A stretch of DNA of 48,364 bases from Polyangia bacterium (GCA_044228505.1 JBGAUT010000014.1:78725-127088); one strand, 5' to 3'; counted from the stretch's first letter, positions 1-9,716 are shown. The notes: generated by a model from the letters alone, not told the origin. Made by a program: numbers and translations.

Positions 1-1800
1 GTCATCGGACAGTCGGCGTTCATCACGCACGCCACACAAGCGGTCTTGGTCGGATCCGCATTGTCCACGTAGCACTTGGGAGTCGGGTTCTTACATTCCA
101 TATCCGTTGCGCATGGAACACAGAGGTTTTTGACCGGCATACCCATCACGGACTGACAGATCTTATTGCTACCTTTGCAGTCTGCGTTCATAAGACACGC
201 GGTGCAGACGTTGAGGTGCTTATCTACCGCGTCCAAGTAGCACACCGGAGCGCTCATGTTCGTACATTCGGCATTTGTCAAGCATGCTGTGCAAACATTC
301 TTCTTGGCGTCCGCAGCATCGACATAACACGTCGAACTCGGTGCTTTGCAGTGCACGCCCGACGTGCATTCCACGCAGAAGTTCTTGGTGTCGTCCATGC
401 CCGGATCTTTGAAGCAAGCGGGCTTCGGAGCGGAGCAGTTTACGTCGACCAAGCAAGTGAGACACATGTTCTTGCTGGGATCCATGTTGTCGACCTTGCA
501 GGTAGGGGTCATCACCGGGCAATCGAGCGTCCCCACGCAAGGCACACACTGATTCTTGGTCGTGTCGGCAGCGTTGAGGTAGCAAGCAGGTTTGCCCGCA
601 ACCCCCGTACAGTCCGTACTGCTCTGGCAAGCGATGCACTGGTTGTTTCCAGGATCGCAGATCGGCTTGCCCATGACGTTCATGCAGTCGGCCCCAGTCA
701 AGCACGGGACGCACTTGTTCTTGCTCGCATCCGTCATGTCCTTGAGACACTTCGGGCTCGCCATCGGACAGTCCGCATCAGCGAGACACGGCACGCACTT
801 GTTCTTGGTGGTATCGCAGACCGGACGGCTCGGGAGCGTCTTGCAATCGTTCGAACTCAAGCACTCGACACAAGCATTGAGCGTCGAATCCGGATCGGTC
901 TTGCACTGCGCCGGGCTCATGTTCTTACAGTCAGCAGCGATCAAACACGGCACGCACTTGTTGATGGCGGTGTCGCAGGTCGTCTTGCCGGGAGTGGTGC
1001 AGTGACTGCTCTGGGTGCACTCAACACACATGTTCTTGCTGCTGTCCGTTGGATCGACTTTGCAGCCAGGTGCCGCTGGTGACAGACAGTCCATGTTGGT
1101 CAAGCAGGTCGCGCACTTCCCAGTGGCGGTATCGCACGCAGGACGACCTGGGAAGGCCGAGCAGAAGCTGTTGTCGGTACACTCCACGCAGCGATTCTGA
1201 CCAGGACTGCAGGCACGAGTGGTCGTGCCCGCCCCCAGAATGCGCACACAGTCCGATCCGCTGAGACACTGCACACAGCCACTGTTCGACTTGCACAACG
1301 ACTTGGTCTGACTGGCGGGATCGCACGCGACCTCGTTGTTGCACATGCACTGGCCACCACCGCAGCGATCCGCCGTGCTGTTGCTGCAGGCGTTGGAGCA
1401 GCCACCGCAGTGGTTAAAGTCGGTCTGTGGATCAATACACATCCTTAGCATCGGACAGCAGCTTCCTTTTCCGCTGTCTGCACCGGTTCCACACTGCTCA
1501 AAGCCATCGTTGCCCGGCGTCATGTTGACGTTGCCACTCACGCACTTGTTGTCGAGGCTGTCGCACAGCTCCGGGGCACCATCGCGAGCCTGCATACTAG
1601 GCGGCGGAATCGCCGGCCAAACGTTGCGATTGTTGTCATCGCAGTCGCTGCAATACAGCAAGTTGCTATTAAACGCGGCAGGGTTATCGGTGTCGGTGCA
1701 GCCCGCGCAGGACATGTACTTGTCTCCATCGAGATCGCTCTCGTTAGGAGGAAGAGCCCCGCTACAGTCATCATCGAAGCCGTTGCAGATCTCCGCAACC
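1..1800 (-). repeat. Array of ~38-40-codon coding repeats (Myxococcus cysteine-rich repeat units) in the 3' part of the giant lipoprotein gene
   Basis: Periodic C-x2-C-x4-(D/E/N)C...K-N-x-C-V-x-C in the translation. The boundaries are approximate. Confidence 0.6.
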
Positions 1801-3980
1801 GGATCGGTCTGATCCTTACAGACCAAATAGCGATCTTTGGAAGAAAATCCGGGGACGCTCAGTGCATAGAAGGGATTGTCCTTGCCACGGACACAACCGA
1901 CCACCGTGCCAGCCTTGCAACGAGTGCCGTTCACCGTCACACCGCACGCTCGACCCTTTTCCGCCAAGAAGCTGCCTGCGGGGTCGTCCATGCTGCCGTT
2001 GCAATCATCATCCACCGGATTTGTGGCATCGCAGGTCTGTGGCTTCGGCTGATTGGCACCAAAGCAGCGAGCCGTAAAGAGCGCGCTGTTGTCCTGAGCC
2101 GGGCACCCCGCAAACGCCTTGGGATCGACAGTGGACGAAGGCAGAGTCGAAGTACAGACACAGCGGCCACTGAAAAATCCACTGATGTCTTTCTGTCCAC
2201 ACAGTCCGACCGTGGAGTCCGCACACGAGGTCGTTCGCTTCGACAGATCGGTACCGGTCTGCACCAAGCGACTCCCCAGCGAGTCGGGGTTTAGCTCATC
2301 GATCAGACCATCGCAGTCATCATCTTTGCCGTTACACATCTCCACCGCGAACGGATGGACATCGAAGTTTGCATCATCGCAGTCACTTGCGGAGTCGTAG
2401 CCGTCCTTGTCACGATCGAAGCTACAGACATCCATCATTCCGTCGCAGTTGTGATCCTTGCCATCGCAAGCGATCGGCGCACCAGGAAAGCTGCTCGGGT
2501 CCGCATCATTGCAGTCAAATGGCTTGCCAGCCACCAGACATCCGGCGGTGTTCTTGGGGAATCCGTCTCCATCCGCATCACACGCCACGGTAGGACAGCC
2601 ACTGCGCGCCATCGTGGGATCCTCACAACTCGTGTTCTGCACCCCACCCGTCGCATCGGTGTTTCGACACAGTCCACGCATTGCGGAAAGAACATTGAAT
2701 CCCTTGGACGCTGCATCGAGCATTCCGTACTTGGTCGCACTCCCAAGCGTGGTCGCAGAGCCCGGAAACACACCGCGATCGTTGTCATCACAATCGAGCG
2801 GACGACCGGACATTTTGTAGTTGGTGGTCGGGCAAGTCTGTCCCGCCAGTACCTCGGAACGCTGAAAACCATCGCCATCGAGATCGCAAGGAACACAGCC
2901 CGCGGATGGACGACCATCGCAGGCCCAGTCCTTGATCACACCATCTGCTGGATCGCAGAGCTTCTGCGCATTGGGATGCACCCGGGAATCGGTATCATCG
3001 CAGTCACGCAGCTTCACATCGGGATTGTTGGGCGAGTAGCCGTCACAGTCTTCATCGGTAAAGCAATCAACATTCAATCCGGTGCAGTCAAAGTCGAAGG
3101 TGGTATCGCAGCGCTTCGGCTGACACAGAGTCTGATCCGCACGCTTATTGTGATTGGTTTTGCAACTGGTGACATCAGTGCACTCACAACAGTTTCGGGG
3201 GCGCGGGTTGCCGTGATAGCGATTCTTATCGGTGTCATCGCAGTCACTCCCTTCAGGATCACCGTCAGAATCTTTGTCTTCACAAGCCCGTGGCTCGCCC
3301 GCACATGTGACATCAAACAGAGCCAGTGGCGGCAGGCTGGTGGCACTCGGGGAGTGAGCAGGACGCAGCTTGACGTTGCAAGATGGACTTGCAAGGGGAT
3401 GGATGTCAAAGCTGCGGAGTCGCACTGGCTCCAAGTCTCCCGGGGGCGGATCGCCGTCGACACAGTCTAAGACCTCTGGCTGATCCTGATACAGAGACGC
3501 GGCCTCCGCATTCTGAGCGGTCCACGACAGAGCATCCGGAAAGTGATCCCCATCGACATCGAACTCGGAGGCAACCGGGAGCAGTTTGGCTTCGACTTCC
3601 TGGTAGGCACCGATCTCTAAGATTCGTGCAAAGAAGTACTGCGGCTCGGGATTCCCTCTCTGGGGCAGCGATTCCACATTGGGTACATTGGCCGCCAAAA
3701 CTTGCAGCAAAAAGCGACCATGCTGCGAAAAGGGAAGTGCGACCCTGAGTGGGTCGTTTGCCAGCAATCGCTTGTCGCTCACATTCTGGATGCCTGACAG
3801 GAACACCACCTTGCGGGTAGCACGGTCCTGAATCTTGATGACGTAGCTCTGAAGGCGAACTCCATCCGGAGCACGGATCACCACCATCACACCATCTGGT
3901 ACACTACACGATGCCAATAGCAGCACGAGTAGTGCCCCAAGGAAGTGGCAAAGTCCCTTCTGATTGCGTTGGCAGTTCAT
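1..3980 (-). CDS. Giant Cys-rich repeat lipoprotein, 5'-partial in window (>1320 aa). N-terminal lipoprotein signal MNCQRNQKGLCHFLGALLVLLLASC, then MopE-like putative metal-binding motifs (C-D-D-x-D...C-D/N-G-x-D-x-D-C-D-G), then more than 15 tandem Myxococcus cysteine-rich repeats (C-x2-C-x4-DC-x7-C-x5-C, ~38-40 aa period).
   Basis: My own translation of the reverse complement from the ATG at 3978-3980. A strong SD (GGGGGG) lies 4 nt upstream. The reading frame stays open to position 1. The repeat families were recognised by motif only. The plus-strand ORF-track entries at 216-3470 are frame shadows of this gene. Confidence 0.75.
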   Translation of the reverse strand, partial: MNCQRNQKGLCHFLGALLVLLLASCSVPDGVMVVIRAPDGVRLQSYVIKIQDRATRKVVFLSGIQNVSDKRLLANDPLRVALPFSQHGRFLLQVLAANVPNVESLPQRGNPEPQYFFARILEIGAYQEVEAKLLPVASEFDVDGDHFPDALSWTAQNAEAASLYQDQPEVLDCVDGDPPPGDLEPVRLRSFDIHPLASPSCNVKLRPAHSPSATSLPPLALFDVTCAGEPRACEDKDSDGDPEGSDCDDTDKNRYHGNPRPRNCCECTDVTSCKTNHNKRADQTLCQPKRCDTTFDFDCTGLNVDCFTDEDCDGYSPNNPDVKLRDCDDTDSRVHPNAQKLCDPADGVIKDWACDGRPSAGCVPCDLDGDGFQRSEVLAGQTCPTTNYKMSGRPLDCDDNDRGVFPGSATTLGSATKYGMLDAASKGFNVLSAMRGLCRNTDATGGVQNTSCEDPTMARSGCPTVACDADGDGFPKNTAGCLVAGKPFDCNDADPSSFPGAPIACDGKDHNCDGMMDVCSFDRDKDGYDSASDCDDANFDVHPFAVEMCNGKDDDCDGLIDELNPDSLGSRLVQTGTDLSKRTTSCADSTVGLCGQKDISGFFSGRCVCTSTLPSSTVDPKAFAGCPAQDNSALFTARCFGANQPKPQTCDATNPVDDDCNGSMDDPAGSFLAEKGRACGVTVNGTRCKAGTVVGCVRGKDNPFYALSVPGFSSKDRYLVCKDQTDPVAEICNGFDDDCSGALPPNESDLDGDKYMSCAGCTDTDNPAAFNSNLLYCSDCDDNNRNVWPAIPPPSMQARDGAPELCDSLDNKCVSGNVNMTPGNDGFEQCGTGADSGKGSCCPMLRMCIDPQTDFNHCGGCSNACSNSTADRCGGGQCMCNNEVACDPASQTKSLCKSNSGCVQCLSGSDCVRILGAGTTTRACSPGQNRCVECTDNSFCSAFPGRPACDTATGKCATCLTNMDCLSPAAPGCKVDPTDSSKNMCVECTQSSHCTTPGKTTCDTAINKCVPCLIAADCKNMSPAQCKTDPDSTLNACVECLSSNDCKTLPSRPVCDTTKNKCVPCLADADCPMASPKCLKDMTDASKNKCVPCLTGADCMNVMGKPICDPGNNQCIACQSSTDCTGVAGKPACYLNAADTTKNQCVPCVGTLDCPVMTPTCKVDNMDPSKNMCLTCLVDVNCSAPKPACFKDPGMDDTKNFCVECTSGVHCKAPSSTCYVDAADAKKNVCTACLTNAECTNMSAPVCYLDAVDKHLNVCTACLMNADCKGSNKICQSVMGMPVKNLCVPCATDMECKNPTPKCYVDNADPTKTACVACVMNADCPM

Positions 3981-4060
3981 CGTTCCCCCCTACGTAAGCG
4001 AAGCAAGTTCGATCGAAGCACTACGAAGCGAATGCAAAAAAATCAAAGTCACGCTCAGTC

Positions 4061-4987
4061 CTACTTGGATGACGATCGGCGTGGCACCTTCCCAACGGCC
4101 AATAGCGGGTTGGTGGTTCGCTCAGCTGACGGTAACGCAACACTACGGAGCCTACGCAGCTCGGTCAGCAGAATCTGCTGCTCGACCTGGGCCAGACTAC
4201 TGTCTCGCGAGCGCTGCGCCCGCATCTCGATAAGCTCGGCCAGCAGCGGTGCCAGCGCCGTGGCCAGCCCACGCTCCAGCGTCTCTGCACTAACCGGCTT
4301 TTCGATTCCTTTGACCGGTAGCAACGTGGCACTGATGCCTCTGGCCAGCGGGACCAGGGTTGCCTCAATCCGCGATAACATGGTCTCTGTCTGGTTGACC
4401 CTTACGACCAGTCCTTGAATCTGCGTCATCAAACGATCGACGTCGTGCGCCAGACCTGAGACATTGCGAACGGTCTGAGACTGAGACTTCGAGATCTCCT
4501 GAGACAGCCGCTCGTGGCCTTCCGCTAGCAACTGGTGCAGCTCGCCGAGCTTACGAGCGACTGACGCGACATCGACACTATCAACCACAGCATCCGTTCC
4601 CACCACAGCCGCAGCAGATACGGTAGCGACCGTCGGCTCGGGTGGCACAGAGTCGCTGACAGTCGCCGCAGTCCTCACATCGGGAAGCGGAATCCCGACC
4701 ACCGGAGCCAAAGCCGCAGAGTCCGTTCCTCCGGACTCCTTCACCAACAGTGCTGACGTGTCTGGCTGCGGAGTCGCTGCATCATCTGCCTCCGCAACTG
4801 GGGGCCGATCGCTGGGCGACAGATCCGTCCCCACCAAGATGCGCTGACTCCGGGATGAGCTGGCCACCCGACGCGTCGCAGCGGTCCGACTGGTAGTCGC
4901 TCGCCGACGAGTGGTGACCACCGCCGCAGAATCTACGGGTGGCTCGGTCGGTGCTACGGCTGGTGTCTTACGAACCCGGGTGGCCAT
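4061..4987 (-). CDS. Hypothetical protein (~308 aa) with an Ala/Thr/Arg/Pro-rich disordered N-terminus and a C-terminal coiled-coil-like domain. It is the last gene of the vgrG cargo module and a possible effector, immunity or accessory protein.
   Basis: The ORF-track entry 4061..5059 starts from a GTG. An internal ATG at 4985-4987 has a textbook SD (TAGGAGTAACG-ATG), so I prefer that as the start. The N-terminal half is low complexity. I recognise no domain. Confidence 0.5.
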   Translation of the reverse strand: MATRVRKTPAVAPTEPPVDSAAVVTTRRRATTSRTAATRRVASSSRSQRILVGTDLSPSDRPPVAEADDAATPQPDTSALLVKESGGTDSAALAPVVGIPLPDVRTAATVSDSVPPEPTVATVSAAAVVGTDAVVDSVDVASVARKLGELHQLLAEGHERLSQEISKSQSQTVRNVSGLAHDVDRLMTQIQGLVVRVNQTETMLSRIEATLVPLARGISATLLPVKGIEKPVSAETLERGLATALAPLLAELIEMRAQRSRDSSLAQVEQQILLTELRRLRSVALPSAERTTNPLLAVGKVPRRSSSK

Positions 4988-4995
4988 CGTTACTC

Positions 4996-5382
4996 CTAAG
5001 GGGTCATCACCGTGGGAACACCAGGCGGCAGAATCTCGATCACCCCCGCCCACAGACACATCAGCTTTGCAGAGTTATTCAGAATCGGCATATTTCCAAG
5101 CAGCACGGTCGGAGCCCCGACAATCCATGGGGCCGGTGTGTTCGGAATGCAAGGCATCGGAGTCAGTACGCCGAGCGCTGCTGCCGTGGCCGCTGCCACC
5201 ATCGGATTGGCCATCGACTGACACATGCCAAACGGCAGGATGTTCACCATGGGCTTGTTGTCCATGATGTTGGCGACCGGCACTGGAGACATCACGCGGT
5301 TCACCGGCAGCACCATCAGTGAGCCAGGAGCCAGCCCAAACGAACACTTTAGCATTGCGCCCATGCAAACTGCGTTTGGCAT
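4996..5382 (-). CDS. DUF4280 / PAAR-like spike-sharpening protein (128 aa)
   Basis: Motif VCMGAMLKCSFGLAPGSLMVLPVNRVM...PMVNILPFGMC is typical of the DUF4280 (PAAR_like) family. The start codon overlaps the stop of the upstream MORN gene (TAATG). It sits two genes downstream of vgrG. Confidence 0.7.
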   Translation of the reverse strand: MPNAVCMGAMLKCSFGLAPGSLMVLPVNRVMSPVPVANIMDNKPMVNILPFGMCQSMANPMVAAATAAALGVLTPMPCIPNTPAPWIVGAPTVLLGNMPILNNSAKLMCLWAGVIEILPPGVPTVMTP

Positions 5383-6593
5383 TACTTGCCTCTCGGTGTA
5401 GAGGTTTCAGTCATCGGCAAAGTACCAATATTCGGAGGCTCCAGAATCAATCCCTTGCGAGGGGGCGGCGGGGGCGGCGGAGCCTTCTTCCCCGGCTTGA
5501 CCGTCAACGCGGGAGCTTTCTCCGCTGCCGCAACTGGAGGTACCTTTTCCGCTGCGGCTGCCGCTAGCTCTGGCTTGGCAATCGGTGACTCTGGAACCTG
5601 TGGTACCTCGGGAGCTTGAGGAAGCTCCGGAGTCGCAGGAATCTCAGGTGCCGTCGGCAGCTCGGGCGCACTCGGCAGCTCCGGTGCAGCGGGCATCTGT
5701 GCACCACTTAGGAGTCCGGTTACCGCCGGAGCCGCAGCCGCTACGATCTTCTTGCGCGCCACATCCATGAGTCCGCGCAGCGCCGACTGCTTGGCTGCAT
5801 CAGCCGCTTGCGCCTCCACGGAAGGCGTTGCGGGAACCGGAGCAGTCTGCAGGGGTCGCCCTTTTTCATCAAACTGTTCCGGAGTCGGTACGAGCGCCCC
5901 GTGCTCATAGCGAGCCCGCCTCTGAAGTTTACCGCTCGGATAGTAGACCAAAGATTCGCCGTGGAGCTTGCCCGCCAGATACTGATTGGTTTCGCGCAGG
6001 CGTCCATCGGGAAGAAACTCCTCGACGAGTCCCTGAAGCAGTCCCTCGACATAGGGCTCGCGGCGGACCACCACCCCGTGCGGTCCAAAATAGACCGCCT
6101 CCCCATGCCGTTTGTCGTTCACATAATGAGCAGACAGAATCGGTCCACCGTCAGGACCGTAGATGACACCGACTCCGTGCTTTTTGCCCTTCACGTAGTG
6201 CTGCTGGCTCACCATTTGACCGTTTTCATAGGTCACCATGTCGCCATGTAGCTCTCCGCTCACATACGACGCCAGCAGCTCGGACCGACCCTGTTCATCA
6301 AAGCGGCGCAGCAGTCCATTCATCTTTCCGGCCTTGAAGTGAACGCGCTGCAAGACCTTGCCACTAGGAAAGAACTCGACAGATTCACCGTCGAGCTGGT
6401 CATTTTTATACTGCGACTTCTGATGTAATTTGCCGCTCTGAAAAAATGAAAACTCACCGTCCATTTTGCCGTCGTGCAAAGGCCCACGCATGCTGACGTT
6501 GCCATCCGCATCGTGATCGACATGCTCGGCCTTGCCATCGATCGGCCCCTGCGCAGACTCTCCTTCTGGACGATGCTTTGACTGTTCACTCAT
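5382..6593 (-). CDS. MORN-repeat (YwqK-like, MORN_2) protein with a C-terminal Pro/Ala-rich linker (PELP repeats, PPPPPPP). Translationally coupled to vgrG, so a candidate T6SS cargo, adaptor or immunity protein.
   Basis: Contains at least 8 repeats of the form G-x-x-x-x-Y-x-x-G-x-x-x-x-x-x-x-Y/F-x-x-G-x-x-H-G. The start ATG (6591-6593) lies 1 nt from the vgrG stop. The stop overlaps the start of the DUF4280 gene. Confidence 0.6.
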   Translation of the reverse strand: MSEQSKHRPEGESAQGPIDGKAEHVDHDADGNVSMRGPLHDGKMDGEFSFFQSGKLHQKSQYKNDQLDGESVEFFPSGKVLQRVHFKAGKMNGLLRRFDEQGRSELLASYVSGELHGDMVTYENGQMVSQQHYVKGKKHGVGVIYGPDGGPILSAHYVNDKRHGEAVYFGPHGVVVRREPYVEGLLQGLVEEFLPDGRLRETNQYLAGKLHGESLVYYPSGKLQRRARYEHGALVPTPEQFDEKGRPLQTAPVPATPSVEAQAADAAKQSALRGLMDVARKKIVAAAAPAVTGLLSGAQMPAAPELPSAPELPTAPEIPATPELPQAPEVPQVPESPIAKPELAAAAAEKVPPVAAAEKAPALTVKPGKKAPPPPPPPRKGLILEPPNIGTLPMTETSTPRGK

Positions 6594-6594
6594 A

Positions 6595-8631
6595 TTAGTT
6601 CAGCTTCACCATGCCGCCCTTGATCGCAGCCATCGCTCCACCTTCGAGCTTCGCCATCGCGGCAGCCTTGACGTCGATGTTCACGCCCTCCAGCTTCATG
6701 CCTACCCCAGCCTTGATGTCGAGATTCACGGCCGCTTCCTGCTTCATGTTGGCCCCGGCTTTGAACTTCATATCCGCACCGGACTTCACATCCACAGCAG
6801 CAGAGGCCTCTGCCTTGATTCCCTTCTTCGAAACAATCTTAATGTCGCCATCGACGTTGATCGTCAGGTTCCCTTTGACGGTCAGGATGTAGTCCTTGTC
6901 CACCGTGTGGCTGAACTTGGCCTTGTTTTTGTGCGTCTCATCCTTGTCGACTTCGACCGTCCGCTTGCCCTTGACAGAGTGCTTCTCATCACCCTTATCG
7001 ACCTTGACCGTACGATCTCCCTTTTTGACCGTGAGCATCTCATCACCCTCGGTCACTTCGACCTCACGGTTCTTCTTCACCACGATCTTGTCGTTGTTAT
7101 CGATCTTGGCGCTGCGATCGTTTTTGATCTCGGTCTTGCAGTCGTTGTCGATCTTGGCGGTGCGGTCGTGTTTGACCTCGATGTTCATGTCCTTTTGGGC
7201 ATGGACGTAGATCTCTTCGGAGTCCTTCTTGTCTTCGAGACGAATCTCGTTGAAACCACCACCACCCTTGCTGGTGCGGCTCTTGGTCGTGCTCTTGGTC
7301 TGGTTGTCAGGAAGCGGATAGGGGACAGTCTGCTCAGCGTTGTAGACAGCCCCGGTGATGAGTGGTCGATCAGGATTCCCATCAATGAAGGTGATCACCA
7401 CCTCCTGTCCGATTCGCGGCAGAAAGAACGTGCCATAGCCCTTCCCTGCCCAGTGCTGAGTCACCCGAACCCAGCACGAGCTATTTTCGTCCTTCTTGCC
7501 TTTGCGATCCCATGGGAACTGGACTTTGACGCGACCGTATTTGTCGGTCCACATCTCTTCGCCCGACTTTCCCACCACCACTGCGGTCTGGCTTCCCAAC
7601 GCCATTTGCCGTCGGGTACGTCGCGGAGGACGGAACACCACGGTCGCGGGCAATGCCTCGATCGAGTTGCCGTAGTTGCCCCTGTCTCCGATGTGACTGA
7701 TGCTGCGAATCACATACTCTTGATTGAGATCGCTGCGATCATGCTTGGTCAGCTTGAACTTGCCACCAGCGGTGAATCCGCGACAGTTGCCGCTCGCTCG
7801 CAGGACTTTCTGCGCGTGCTCCATCGATTCAATGCGCAGCTTGGCGAGCTTCTCGCCATCGTTCTTTTTGGCGTAGTTACCCGGATGGTCGTAGACCACC
7901 AGCGCTGGACTTCCACCACCGGTCTTGACGAACAGATCGGTCGAAGGAATTTCAAAGTTATAGTCCGTCAGCGCGTATCCGGTAGTAACCAAAGACTCTT
8001 CGAACGTGCAGTCTCGCAGGCAGTTCGGGGAATCATCGAGTCCCATTCGCACATCAGTCGACCCAGTACACTTGGCGTAGCCATCACTGTCATCGGCCAA
8101 CACCATCATATGTTTACCGTCGCTGTGCTCGAAATAGTAGAAGATTCCCTCGTCTTCCATCAGCCGACTGACGAAGTCAAAGCTCGACTCCTGATACTGC
8201 ACGCAGTATTCGCGCTTGGCATACGTTCCCTTCAGACTCTTTTTGAAATCCTTCAGACCAAGATCCGAAAACACCTCTTCGATGATCTCGGGCACGCTCT
8301 TGTTCTGGAAGATTCGGTTGTCGGCGTGAAGCGTCAATAGCCACAACCATGGCCGCAGTTCCGCCACGTAAACGGTGTGCTTGGGATCGTATCCTGATTC
8401 AACGAAACGAGTCACGATTCCGCAGATGTGACGCTTCGACTTATCCGGCAGCACGATCGTAATCGTGACCGCCTTTCCCATCAGCTTCTTAAAGTCGAGC
8501 TTTCGATCCTTGCAGAGAAACTGAAGCGTATAAAGGAACGGTAGGGAGATCTCCTCTTGTCCCTGAAACGACTCCAGAACCAAGGCGTCCGCTGCAGGAG
8601 TCGATGCGCTTAGGAAGTCATGGTCGCTCAC
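6595..8631 (-). CDS. vgrG: Type VI secretion system spike protein VgrG (TssI), 678 aa, with gp27-like and gp5-like domains and no C-terminal effector extension.
   Basis: Conserved VgrG blocks are present: ...RVTQHWAGKGYGTFFLPRIGQEVVITFIDGNPDRPLITGAVYN..., and the KVDKGD/TVEVDKDE beta-helix repeats at the C-terminus. It lies in a T6SS core cluster. Confidence 0.93.
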   Translation of the reverse strand: MSDHDFLSASTPAADALVLESFQGQEEISLPFLYTLQFLCKDRKLDFKKLMGKAVTITIVLPDKSKRHICGIVTRFVESGYDPKHTVYVAELRPWLWLLTLHADNRIFQNKSVPEIIEEVFSDLGLKDFKKSLKGTYAKREYCVQYQESSFDFVSRLMEDEGIFYYFEHSDGKHMMVLADDSDGYAKCTGSTDVRMGLDDSPNCLRDCTFEESLVTTGYALTDYNFEIPSTDLFVKTGGGSPALVVYDHPGNYAKKNDGEKLAKLRIESMEHAQKVLRASGNCRGFTAGGKFKLTKHDRSDLNQEYVIRSISHIGDRGNYGNSIEALPATVVFRPPRRTRRQMALGSQTAVVVGKSGEEMWTDKYGRVKVQFPWDRKGKKDENSSCWVRVTQHWAGKGYGTFFLPRIGQEVVITFIDGNPDRPLITGAVYNAEQTVPYPLPDNQTKSTTKSRTSKGGGGFNEIRLEDKKDSEEIYVHAQKDMNIEVKHDRTAKIDNDCKTEIKNDRSAKIDNNDKIVVKKNREVEVTEGDEMLTVKKGDRTVKVDKGDEKHSVKGKRTVEVDKDETHKNKAKFSHTVDKDYILTVKGNLTINVDGDIKIVSKKGIKAEASAAVDVKSGADMKFKAGANMKQEAAVNLDIKAGVGMKLEGVNIDVKAAAMAKLEGGAMAAIKGGMVKLN

Positions 8632-9716
8632 GGTGCTGGCCTCAGTGGTTCATCGCTGTAACGAGCAACGGCACCCAGCGCCACCCTGGGAACACCACGC
8701 AACTTGGCTCCATATGACAAAAAGGAAGTGAGCCCCAAGACTGGCTGCTCCGCCCCTGGCTTCGGGTCCGCTTCTGGATAACCCAGCCGAGCACGCGGAA
8801 TCTCCTCGGCCTTGATCAGTAGCGAGACAAAGATGTCGTACTCAGGACCAACGTAGAACCGCGCCAGTTGAATGAGCGCGCTCAGTCCTTGATGTCCAGG
8901 TAGAAAATCCAGGTAGCGCACCCACGGCAGTGGCCCGATTTCAAGCTCGATTCCTGCTTGCTGGTCCCAGATCATCGAGCCGATCATCGCTTGCCCGCCC
9001 AGCATCTGGTTCTGACCGCTGAGCCCAAGCTTGGTCCACTGCTCTTCCTCGATCGGACGCATCGCCCCCCGAAGCTGATGACAGACAATCTTGACTTGGA
9101 AGTGATCGCTTAGCAGCGTCTCAAGTCCGGCGGCATCACGAGGCTGCTTGGTCAGTAGTCCCGCGTAGCGCAGCAAGGCTCGGTCAGGAACCTTTAGACG
9201 CTCCTGTAGACCTTCTGTGAGCATTCCCATCAGGCCATACAGAAAGCGTGAAAAGTGGTGCTCCTCAGGAGAGTTCCACTCTGTTCCTAGTTTACAGCTC
9301 TGCCGAACGCGAAACAGAAGCGACACCAGTCGATGATCGAAGATGTCGAGAAAATCCCGCAGCGCAAAGTCTCGCGCCGCATTCCGTTCTAGCACCCAAT
9401 CGGTCATCGGGTGTGGCAGAGGGCCTTGCGCTCCGCCGAGCCCGAGCATGGCTACGGTAACGATCGGAGTGCGCGCTTCCCCCACAGGCTGCTCAATCGC
9501 AACGACATCACTTGGTGGAAAGGCCAACGAAAAGGAAGAACGGAAGCGCAGTGGCTCTGCTTCCGGATTGCCCCCTGATCCAACCGAATCAGCATCCGGA
9601 GCGAGCATCTCTAGGAGTCGCACCAACTGATAGAAGTTGAAGCGATACGGCTCCGCATACAGCTCTTCGATTACAGGAGGTTGCGAGCGCCCGCCAGCGG
9701 TGGCCATTTCTTCCAC
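8628..9716 (-). CDS. tssG: T6SS baseplate subunit TssG (362 aa)
   Basis: N-terminal YRFNFYQLVRLLE motif is characteristic of TssG. It sits between tssF and vgrG. A 46-nt overlap with tssF suggests the true start may be a few codons downstream. Confidence 0.85.
   Translation of the reverse strand: MEEMATAGGRSQPPVIEELYAEPYRFNFYQLVRLLEMLAPDADSVGSGGNPEAEPLRFRSSFSLAFPPSDVVAIEQPVGEARTPIVTVAMLGLGGAQGPLPHPMTDWVLERNAARDFALRDFLDIFDHRLVSLLFRVRQSCKLGTEWNSPEEHHFSRFLYGLMGMLTEGLQERLKVPDRALLRYAGLLTKQPRDAAGLETLLSDHFQVKIVCHQLRGAMRPIEEEQWTKLGLSGQNQMLGGQAMIGSMIWDQQAGIELEIGPLPWVRYLDFLPGHQGLSALIQLARFYVGPEYDIFVSLLIKAEEIPRARLGYPEADPKPGAEQPVLGLTSFLSYGAKLRGVPRVALGAVARYSDEPLRPAP

Noticed and set aside
216-3748. Plus-strand ORF-track entries such as 216..1082, 592..1005, 2355..3470 and 3383..3748
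   Set aside because: They translate to Arg/His/Ala-rich nonsense. The reverse complement of the whole region is one continuous, motif-rich Cys-repeat ORF, so these are frame shadows of the minus-strand gene.
3981-4060. Possible intrinsic terminator between the 308-aa gene and the Cys-rich lipoprotein gene (T7 run on the minus strand at 4036-4042)
   Set aside because: No stable GC-rich stem could be found immediately upstream of the T-run. The genes may well be co-transcribed.
6532-8340. 602-aa plus-strand ORF opposite vgrG
   Set aside because: It has Leu/Val/Asp-biased shadow composition on the antisense of a very well conserved VgrG gene. There is no independent support.
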